Shown: positions 47,176 through 54,877 of the stretch, piece after piece
How the letters are laid out: each line of letters opens with the position of its first letter
How positions within the stretch are numbered: the first letter of the stretch is position 1
Assembly (NCBI GenBank): GCA_963801185.1
Contig: CAWDDW010000003.1
Location: 1,788,353-1,852,352 of the forward strand
Reading direction: 5' to 3'
DNA length: 64,000 bases
From: an uncultured Acidimicrobiaceae bacterium
Lineage (GTDB): Bacteria > Actinomycetota > Acidimicrobiia > Acidimicrobiales > Bog-793
Notes under the pieces: model-generated
What the model was told of the DNA's origin: nothing
What the model saw: the letters and a program-made list of their open reading frames with translations, nothing else
Databases searched by the model: none
Translations under genes and position numbers: made by a program

Positions 47176-49254
47176 ATGACGGGTCTCGCTCGCAGCCTGC
47201 GTTGGGCCGGCGCCGGGCTGGCAAGCCTGACGATGGGCTCCCTCGGGCCAGTGATCGGCACGGCCTCGGCGAGCAGCCAACAGCACCGGTCGGTCGCGGC
47301 CGCGGCGTGGAAGACCGAGAAGGCTTACCCGGCATACCTCGCTTACGTGGCCGGCGTGTCCTGCCCGACGGCGACCGACTGCTGGGCCGTGGGAGACACC
47401 GTCTCCGGCACGGGTGCCGTCGCGGTCACAAAGGACGGCGGCAGCCGTTGGAGCGCCGAGACACTCCCGAGCGGGACCGGTCTACTGGGCTCGGTGTCGT
47501 GCCCGACGACGACCGACTGCTGGGCCGTCGGGCTGACCTCGGGACTGGGAGGAGTCGTCGTGGCGACGGTCGACGGGGGCCGCTCCTGGGAGCTCCAGGC
47601 GGTCCCGAATGGGACGATCGGCCTGAACGGCGTGTCGTGCGCGACCACCACTGACTGTTGGGCCGTCGGAGGCGACCCTTACACGGTCGGAACCGCAGAC
47701 ATCGTGGCCACGAGCGACGGAGGAGCGACGTGGACTACCCAGACCATCCCGACCGATCTCTGGTACCTGAGCGGCGTCGCGTGCCCGTCTGCCACCGACT
47801 GCTGGGTGGCGGGCAAGACGGAGAACGCCACCGGTGCCGTGCTCGTCACGAGCGACGGCGGCAGTCAATGGAAGGCCCAGCAGCTTCCCCGCGGGATCGG
47901 CAACCTCACCGGCGTGTCATGTGCAGGCGTCAGTCGGTGCTGGGCGGTGGGATACGGCGCGGGATACCCGAGACCCGTGCCGCCGAGGCTGGACGGAGTA
48001 GTCGTCGCCACCACCGACGGAGGGAGCACCTGGAGGTACCAGGCCCTCGGCGGTGACGTCCGCGGGCTCGGAGGCGTTTCGTGCCCGACGACGACCGACT
48101 GCTGGGCGGTGGGCGGCACCACGTCTAACGCCGGGGCAGTCGTGGCGACCACTGACGGCGGCAAGCGCTGGAAGCCCGAGAAGCTCCCGAGCAGGCTCGG
48201 TGACCTCGCTTCGGTGTCGTGCCCGAGCACCACCGAATGCTGGGTGGGAGGCGCGACAGCGTCGAACATCGGGGCCCTCGTCGTGACCACCAACGGGGGC
48301 AGCACGTGGAAGTCCGGAGCGCTGCCGGCCGGGGTCAACTTCCTTCGCGGCGTGTCGTGCCCTACCAGCAGCGACTGCTGGGCCGTGGGCGGCACCTCGT
48401 CGGCGGCCGGGGCGGTCGTGGCGACCACCGACGGTGGCACGAGCTGGAGGCCGGATAGCGTCCCGGGACGGCTCAGCATCCTCGAGGGCGTGTCCTGCCC
48501 GAACAGAACCGACTGCTGGGCCGTGGGGGCCACCGTCACAGGCGAGGGGGCGATCGTCGGCACCACCGACGCCGGCCGTACCTGGAGGTCCGAGGCGCTC
48601 CCGGACGGGATAGACGAGCTTCTCGGCGTCTCCTGCCGGACCAGTACCGACTGTGTCGCGGTGGGGGGCACCGCGACCGGTCAGGCCGCTGTCGTCGTCA
48701 CGACGGATGCCGGCCACACCTGGAGATCGGAGTCGTCGGCTCTCCCGAGCGAGATCCGCTACCTGAATAGCGTGGCGTGCCCCAACACGAGGGACTGCTT
48801 CGCGGCGGCGGGCACGACAGGCGGGCCGCCAGCGGAGTTCGGAGCCATCGTGGCCACGACCGACGGCGGTATCCACTGGAAGACCCAGGCAGTCCCGCCA
48901 GGTCTCGGCTACCTCTACGGCATCTCCTGTCCGACCAGCGCCGACTGCTGGGCGGTGGGCAACACTGCAGTGGCGACGACCAGCGGGGGCAAGCACTGGG
49001 AAGCCGAGGACCTCGGGCCTGGTATCGGCTACCTCTATGACGTGTCGTGCAGGAACAGCACCCATTGCACGACGGTGGGCACCACGCCATGGGGTGAGGG
49101 AGTCGTGGCGGCAACCTCTGACGGCGGCCGCACGTCCACCTTCCAGCCTCTGGAGGGCATCGCCGTGCTCCTCGGGGTGTCCTGCCCTACGAGCACCCGA
49201 TGCTGGTCGGCAGGCCTGACGAGTAGCGGCGCTGCAGTGATCACGTCGAGCTGA
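47176..49254 (+). CDS. Secreted Cys-rich BNR repeat protein with 14 repeats
   Basis: 14 copies of GVSCPTxTDCWAVG...VVATTDGGxTW; N-terminal signal peptide. Confidence 0.88.
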   Translation: MTGLARSLRWAGAGLASLTMGSLGPVIGTASASSQQHRSVAAAAWKTEKAYPAYLAYVAGVSCPTATDCWAVGDTVSGTGAVAVTKDGGSRWSAETLPSGTGLLGSVSCPTTTDCWAVGLTSGLGGVVVATVDGGRSWELQAVPNGTIGLNGVSCATTTDCWAVGGDPYTVGTADIVATSDGGATWTTQTIPTDLWYLSGVACPSATDCWVAGKTENATGAVLVTSDGGSQWKAQQLPRGIGNLTGVSCAGVSRCWAVGYGAGYPRPVPPRLDGVVVATTDGGSTWRYQALGGDVRGLGGVSCPTTTDCWAVGGTTSNAGAVVATTDGGKRWKPEKLPSRLGDLASVSCPSTTECWVGGATASNIGALVVTTNGGSTWKSGALPAGVNFLRGVSCPTSSDCWAVGGTSSAAGAVVATTDGGTSWRPDSVPGRLSILEGVSCPNRTDCWAVGATVTGEGAIVGTTDAGRTWRSEALPDGIDELLGVSCRTSTDCVAVGGTATGQAAVVVTTDAGHTWRSESSALPSEIRYLNSVACPNTRDCFAAAGTTGGPPAEFGAIVATTDGGIHWKTQAVPPGLGYLYGISCPTSADCWAVGNTAVATTSGGKHWEAEDLGPGIGYLYDVSCRNSTHCTTVGTTPWGEGVVAATSDGGRTSTFQPLEGIAVLLGVSCPTSTRCWSAGLTSSGAAVITSS

Positions 49255-51388
49255 CGCCGAGCGTCTCGACCAACACGTCGAGGGCGAAGATGCCTGCAGG
49301 ACTGCACGAGAGCGGGTTGACGTCGAGGGCTGCGATGTGGTCGCCGAGCTCGACGGCGATGGTCGACACCGCCGTGACGGCCGCCAGGACGCCGCCAAGA
49401 TCCACCGCCGGCGATCCACGGAAGCCGTCGAGCAGGGGGCGGACCCGCAGGCGATCGATCATGCGGCGGGCGCCGGCCAGATCCACCGGCGGGAGGCCGA
49501 TGGCGCGATCGGCCAGCAGCTCGACGAGCACGCCCCCGGCGCCGACGACGACGAGAGGCCCGAGCATCGGGTCCGACACGATCCCTAGCTCCAGCTCGAG
49601 GCCGGGCGCAGCCATCGCGACGACGTCCACCTGGCTCCCGAGACGCGACGCCAGATCGTCGTAGGCGGAGGCGACCTCCTCGCCCGACCCGAGCCCGAGC
49701 ACCACGCCCCGAGCCTCCGACTTGTGGGCGATCTCGGGCGACGCGGTCTTGAGCACGACCGGGAAGCCGAGGCGCTCGGCAGCAGCCACGGCCGCGGTCC
49801 GGTCAGCGACCGTGACCGAGGCGGGCGAGGGCACGCCGTACTCGTCGAGCAGCGCAAACGAGTCCTGACTCGTGAGCTGTGTCGCGCCGCCTGCCTCGAG
49901 CCGCTCGAGCCGCTCGAGCCACCTCCGGCGCCGGCTCTCGTCGACCTGAGGAGCCCCGACCGGAGGGCGCTCGCGGAAGTCACGCAGCTCGACGAGGTGA
50001 CCGAGCGCCCGGAGCCCCGACCGGGTCCCTTCGAGCACCGGGATCCCGAGCGCGCGAAGCCGCCCCGCCGCGTCGCGGTCGAGCGCGCTCGGCACGTTCG
50101 AGAGCACGCAGAGCGGGACGTCTGTCGCCCCCCAGGCCGCCACGATCGAGGAGCGGTAGGACTCGTCTCGGTCGAACTCGGGCACGAGGTCGACCGCGAG
50201 GGCGACGGCGTCCACGCTCTCGTCGTCCGCCATCGCGAGCAAGGAGCCCGTGAACAGCTCCTCGGTCGAGCCTCCCGTGCCCCACACGTCGAGCGGGTTG
50301 CCGGGCTCGAGTCCCGGGTCGAGCAGGTCGCCGAGCCGTTTCATCGTCACGGGCGAGATCTCGGAGAAACCCACGCCCACCTCCTCGGCCACGTCGACCA
50401 CCAACGCCCGCTCGGCCCCCGAGTCGAGGACGGCAGCGATCCCACGGCCCCGCCGCCCCGACGAGGACGGCGCGCGGCGACCCGCAGCCAGAAGCTCCAG
50501 CGTGTCGCACATCTCGGCGAGGTCGGCGACCCGCAGCACGCCGTAGGCGTCGAAGAGGGCCTCCCAGGCTCCGTCGTTCCCGGCCAGTGCGCCCGAGTGC
50601 GCAGCGACCATCGCGCGCCCGGGCTCGGAGGCCCCGACGGTAAGCGCGACGACCGGGATGCCGGCTTCGGCGGCGCGTGAGAGGGCGGTGCGGAGTGGCT
50701 GGGGAGCGCGGAGGGCCTCTAGGAGGAGTGCCACCACGCGCGTGCCCGGGAGCGCCAGCGCGTAGTCGAGGTACTCGGCAGCCGTCGTGACGAGCTCCTG
50801 GCCGGAGGAGACGGCGAGCGAGAAGCCGAGGGCACGATCGGTGCGCAGGAGCGCCGAGAATGCCGAGCCGGAGTGGGTCACGAGCGCGATCGGGCCTAGC
50901 GGGAGAGGGGTGCGCTCGAGGTACCCGATCGCCCGTAGGCCGTAGGTCGGGTTGACGAAACCCATGCAGCCTCCGCCGCACAGCGCCATACCGGCGTCGC
51001 TGGCGGTCGCCGCCAGCCGGGCACGGAAGGCGGTGGAGTCGGTGGGGGAGGCCGGGTCGATGGCGCTCCCGAAGACGACGGCGCTGCGGTCGCCTCGCCG
51101 GGCGGCCCGGCCGAGCTCAGCCTCGAGGCTCGCGTCGCCGACACAGAGGAGGACGAGGTCGACGGGTTCGCCGAGGTCGTCGAGGGACGAGCGGAAAACG
51201 CGCCCGTTGACGGTCTCGCCGGATCTTGCGTAGCGCGGGTTTACGAGATGGATGACAGGGCGCGACGGGCTCCGTTCGAGCTCGATCAGCACTCGCTCGC
51301 CGAAGCTGTCAGGGCGGGGGCTTGCCCCTACGAGTGCGACCGAGCCCGCCTCGAGCATCGCGGAGAGGCTCGAGGAGCCTTGTGTCAC
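49241..51388 (-). CDS. Acetate/acyl-CoA ligase (NDP-forming), fused CoA-binding and ATP-grasp domains
   Basis: SVALVGAS, HSGALAG, NPLDVWG, FPVVLK...HKSEARGV, LDVNPL; GTG overlaps the upstream stop. Confidence 0.9.
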   Translation of the reverse strand: MTQGSSSLSAMLEAGSVALVGASPRPDSFGERVLIELERSPSRPVIHLVNPRYARSGETVNGRVFRSSLDDLGEPVDLVLLCVGDASLEAELGRAARRGDRSAVVFGSAIDPASPTDSTAFRARLAATASDAGMALCGGGCMGFVNPTYGLRAIGYLERTPLPLGPIALVTHSGSAFSALLRTDRALGFSLAVSSGQELVTTAAEYLDYALALPGTRVVALLLEALRAPQPLRTALSRAAEAGIPVVALTVGASEPGRAMVAAHSGALAGNDGAWEALFDAYGVLRVADLAEMCDTLELLAAGRRAPSSSGRRGRGIAAVLDSGAERALVVDVAEEVGVGFSEISPVTMKRLGDLLDPGLEPGNPLDVWGTGGSTEELFTGSLLAMADDESVDAVALAVDLVPEFDRDESYRSSIVAAWGATDVPLCVLSNVPSALDRDAAGRLRALGIPVLEGTRSGLRALGHLVELRDFRERPPVGAPQVDESRRRRWLERLERLEAGGATQLTSQDSFALLDEYGVPSPASVTVADRTAAVAAAERLGFPVVLKTASPEIAHKSEARGVVLGLGSGEEVASAYDDLASRLGSQVDVVAMAAPGLELELGIVSDPMLGPLVVVGAGGVLVELLADRAIGLPPVDLAGARRMIDRLRVRPLLDGFRGSPAVDLGGVLAAVTAVSTIAVELGDHIAALDVNPLSCSPAGIFALDVLVETLGVSST

Positions 51389-53031
51389 CGCCGGACGAAC
51401 AAGCTCTTCGCCCGGGCGCGGCGGTCGTTCGCCTTCTCGTCCGAGAGGGCGGCCTTCGCCGCTTGCCAGCCGGGGATCCCGCAGACGCCGCCGCCCGCGT
51501 GGGTGGCCGAGCTGGCGTTGTACAGCCCAGCGATCGGGGTGCGGTAATCGGCGTAGCCCGGCGCAGGGCGCATGTGGAACAGCTGCTCGACCGAGAGCTC
51601 CCCGTGGAAGATGTTGCCGCCGATCAAGCCGTACTCCTGTTCCATCTCGTACGGGCTCACGATGTCGCGGTGCAGGATCGACTTCTTGAAGTTCGGCGCC
51701 ACCTCGTCGTAGCAGTCGATCAGCCGGTCGGCGTACGCCTCGAGCTCGGCAGTGTGCGGCTCGTTCGCCCATTCGGCCGGGACCCACTGCGTGAACAGCG
51801 ACATGATGTGCGTGCCCTCGGGGCACAACGTCTTGTCGAAGGTGCTCGGGATGACCGAGTCGCTGAAGGGGCGCTCGGCCGCCTTGCCCTCCCGCGCGTC
51901 GAGAAACGCCCGCTCGATGTACTCCATCGACGGCGCCATCTCTACCGACCCCGTGTGATGAGGCTGCTGGTTGGTGCCGGGGTCGGCCGTGAAGTTCGGG
52001 AGCTCGGAGAGAGCGAGGTTGATCTTGACGACCCCGCTGCGAGTCTTCCAGTGCTCGATGTCCTTCACGAAGTCGTCGGGGAGGTTGGCGCTGCCGACGT
52101 GGTCGAGGAAAGCGGTGCGCGGGTGGAGGCTCGTGACCACGATCGGCGCGTAGAGCTCGTCGCCGTTGTCGAGCACCGCCCCTTGCACGCGCTCGTTGCG
52201 CACGATGACGCGCGAGACCCGGGCGTTCGTGCGCACTTCCACGCCGAAGTTCGTCGCCGCCCGGGCCATGGCGTCCGCCACCGCCCCCATGCCACCCTCG
52301 GGGAAGCCCCAGCTGCCGAGGTGGCCGTCGCCCACGTCCCCGATCGAGTGGTGAGCCATGACGTAGGCGGTGCCCGGCTCGTAGGGACCTGCCCAAGTCC
52401 CGATGACACCATTGACGGCAATCGGCGCCTTGACCTGCCACGCTTCGAACCAGTCGTCGAGGAGGTCGGCGATCGACATGGTCATGAGGCGCGTGACGTC
52501 GGCGATCGTGCGGACGTCGACGCCGCGGTTGCGCCAAGCGAGGCGGAGGAGGTCGGCAATGTCGCCCGGCCTCTTCGAACCGATCTTCGGCGGGACGGTG
52601 AGCAGCATCGGGCCGAGCACGTCGGCGAGCCCACCCAGCCAGGCATCCCACTTCGGCATCGCCTCGGCGTCGTGCTTGGACCACTTCGCGATCTCGTCGT
52701 AGTTCTTCTTCGCGTCGTCGGACCAGACCTTGATCGAGCCGCCTTCGGCAAAGGCCTGGTAGTACGGGCCCATCGGGAAGACCTTGTAGCCGTTGCGCTC
52801 GAGGTCTAGGTCCCTGATGATCGTCGGCGGGAGGAGGCTCATCACGTAGGAGAGCCGGGTCACCTTGAACTCGGGCGCCTCCGGCCAGGGCGACTCGGTC
52901 GTAGCGGCGCCGCCGGTCTTGTGGCGGGACTCGAGGACAACGGTGCGATGCCCCGCTCTGGCCAGATAGGCAGCGGCCACCAGTCCGTTGTGGCCTCCAC
53001 CGACGACTATCGCGTCGTAGTTCGCTGACAT
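51385..53031 (-). CDS. Phytoene-dehydrogenase-like (PYROXD2/COG1233) FAD oxidoreductase
   Basis: YDAIVVGGGHNGLVAAAYLA, PEGGMGAV, GLIGGNIFHGEL, THAGGGVCGIPG. Confidence 0.9.
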   Translation of the reverse strand: MSANYDAIVVGGGHNGLVAAAYLARAGHRTVVLESRHKTGGAATTESPWPEAPEFKVTRLSYVMSLLPPTIIRDLDLERNGYKVFPMGPYYQAFAEGGSIKVWSDDAKKNYDEIAKWSKHDAEAMPKWDAWLGGLADVLGPMLLTVPPKIGSKRPGDIADLLRLAWRNRGVDVRTIADVTRLMTMSIADLLDDWFEAWQVKAPIAVNGVIGTWAGPYEPGTAYVMAHHSIGDVGDGHLGSWGFPEGGMGAVADAMARAATNFGVEVRTNARVSRVIVRNERVQGAVLDNGDELYAPIVVTSLHPRTAFLDHVGSANLPDDFVKDIEHWKTRSGVVKINLALSELPNFTADPGTNQQPHHTGSVEMAPSMEYIERAFLDAREGKAAERPFSDSVIPSTFDKTLCPEGTHIMSLFTQWVPAEWANEPHTAELEAYADRLIDCYDEVAPNFKKSILHRDIVSPYEMEQEYGLIGGNIFHGELSVEQLFHMRPAPGYADYRTPIAGLYNASSATHAGGGVCGIPGWQAAKAALSDEKANDRRARAKSLFVRR

Positions 53032-53098
53032 CGCTCGCATCTCCGATCCGACTTGCCCGGTCAGGCAGACTGGCTACGTTGCAGTGTCCGCCACATGT

Positions 53099-53115
53099 TT
53101 GACTGACTGTTCAGT
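53099..53115. promoter_or_regulatory. Putative TetR autoregulatory operator
   Basis: TTGACTGACTGTTCAGT between the divergent oxidoreductase and tetR genes. Confidence 0.75.
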
Positions 53116-53179
53116 CTAAGCGAAATGCTAAGGTCGGCACAAGCGTCATGACACGGGGCGGCGGCTCCGAGGAAGGTGG

Positions 53180-53932
53180 ATGGCCGTGACCACGACCCCG
53201 ACTACAACCACGACCCCGACTACAACCGCGCCTGCGCCGGCTGAGATAGCTGCGCCGGCTGAGATGCCTGCGCCGGTCGACGGCGCCTCGGATGCCCGGC
53301 GGGTGCAGATGCTGGCCGCGACGATCGACGTCATAGTCGAGCGAGGCTTTCCCGAGACTCGCATCGCGGACGTCGCGGAGCGAGCCGGGGTAAGCCCTGC
53401 CCTCGTCATCTACTACTTCAAGACGAAGGACAACCTGCTGGCCGAAGCGATGCGCTACTCCGAGGACGGCTGGTATGCCGAGATGGCCCGGCGCACCGCC
53501 GACATCGAGTCCGCCGCCGGCCGGCTCGAGGAAGTCGTCTCGATGTGCTGCCTGCCGTCGTCGGAGGCCGAAGAGGCCGGTGCCATCGAGGAGTCCTGGG
53601 CGGTTTGGCTCGACCTCTGGGCGCAGGCGCTGCGCGACCCCGAGGTGCGCCTCGTCCGCGAGGAATTCGACGAGCACTTCCGCCAGACGATCCGCCAGAT
53701 CGTGCGCGACGGGATCACCGCTTCCGAGTTCAAGGAGGTCAACGAGGACGACTTCGCGGTCGGGTACTCGGCACTGCTCGATGGTTTTGCCATCCAGATC
53801 GCGCTCGGGGACCCGGTCGTCGACGCACGGCGGGCCTTCGAGCTCGCGATGCGGGTGGCCGCCCAGCAACTCGGCTACGAGTGGAAGCCGAAGCGCGGAG
53901 CCGGCCGGCGCGGGGGCGCCGCCAAGCGCTGA
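53180..53932 (+). CDS. TetR family regulator with BetI-type C-terminal domain
   Basis: ERGFPETRIADVAERAGVSPALVIYYFKTKDNLL; WLDLWAQALRDP; ALLDG. Confidence 0.92.
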   Translation: MAVTTTPTTTTTPTTTAPAPAEIAAPAEMPAPVDGASDARRVQMLAATIDVIVERGFPETRIADVAERAGVSPALVIYYFKTKDNLLAEAMRYSEDGWYAEMARRTADIESAAGRLEEVVSMCCLPSSEAEEAGAIEESWAVWLDLWAQALRDPEVRLVREEFDEHFRQTIRQIVRDGITASEFKEVNEDDFAVGYSALLDGFAIQIALGDPVVDARRAFELAMRVAAQQLGYEWKPKRGAGRRGGAAKR

Positions 53933-53948
53933 TCATCATCGATGAGTG

Positions 53949-54518
53949 TCAGTAGCTGTAGCCGCTGCTCGTGCTCGAGGTGGTCGAGCCTCCTCCGCCG
54001 CCCTTCGAAGCCGACTCGCCGACCTTGACGACGTACCACGTACCGCCACTGCCTTGGCCGTTCGTCTGGCCTGCGGCCGAGTCACCCGCGTACGTGTAGA
54101 GGGGGATCCCGTTGTAGGCCACCTGGAGCCCCCCGCCAGAGCGCGTGAAGGTGCCGAAACCGGACATTCCCGACGCAATCGTGGCGGTCGCGCTCGGGGC
54201 CGTCAGCGGGGGCCAGAGGGATGCGCACCCGCCGGTGCAGACCGACTTGTTCTTCGAGTCCGGCGTGTAGCGATAGAGGGTGAAGCCCTTCGAGTCGACG
54301 AGGATCGTCCCGAGTTTGGCGTTCTTGACGGTCTTCACGAGCGCCGACCCGCCGCCGCCCCCGCCGGCCGCCGCACTCGAGGTGGTGGTGGAGCCGCTGC
54401 CGCTGGTACTCGTCGGCGTTCCGCTGGACGACCCGCACGCCGCCGCCAGGAGCGCGATCGCGACGAGGCCGCCGAACGCCCCGAGCCCCCTGCGCGGCGT
54501 GAACTCGATCTCTGCCAT
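53949..54518 (-). CDS. COG4315-type lipoprotein (secreted Y-X4-D repeat)
   Basis: LLAAAC lipobox; GFTLYRYTPD, CTGGCASLWPP, QVAYNGIPLYTYAGD. Confidence 0.88.
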   Translation of the reverse strand: MAEIEFTPRRGLGAFGGLVAIALLAAACGSSSGTPTSTSGSGSTTTSSAAAGGGGGGSALVKTVKNAKLGTILVDSKGFTLYRYTPDSKNKSVCTGGCASLWPPLTAPSATATIASGMSGFGTFTRSGGGLQVAYNGIPLYTYAGDSAAGQTNGQGSGGTWYVVKVGESASKGGGGGSTTSSTSSGYSY

Positions 54519-54877
54519 TGTGATCTGCCTCCGTTGTGGGCGATTTCATCGTCGGGACCGCTGCCCCACGCTCAGGATTACGGCCGAGTGCGGTATCTGG
54601 ATTCCCGGTCCTGTCTAGAAGGTCATCTATTAGCACCGAGAGACGGTCGCGGACCTTGGGGGAGCTGCGCGGGCCATGTGATCGTGACGCTGTGGAGGAT
54701 GCCGATTGGCGAGATCTCTCTCTCCCACGGCTAGGCGGCACAGGGGCGTATACACTTTTGGTCGGGGCATCAAGGGGGCAATCAAGCAGTTCACACTCTT
54801 CCCCGGACGTGGACCCTACTCTCCACCTGCTCGTGCGGCTTGGTGGGCGCTAGCGGAGATGTGCTTCCATAGAACGG

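Noticed and set aside
49241-52684. 1147-aa ORF in the track suggesting a large fusion
   Set aside because: The first ~430 aa are an off-frame shadow of the COG1233 gene; the real ligase starts at GTG 51388.
51385-53031. Carotenoid biosynthesis (crtI) assignment
   Set aside because: No crtB/crtE neighbours; motifs and context fit the PYROXD2/COG1233 subgroup in a catabolic operon.
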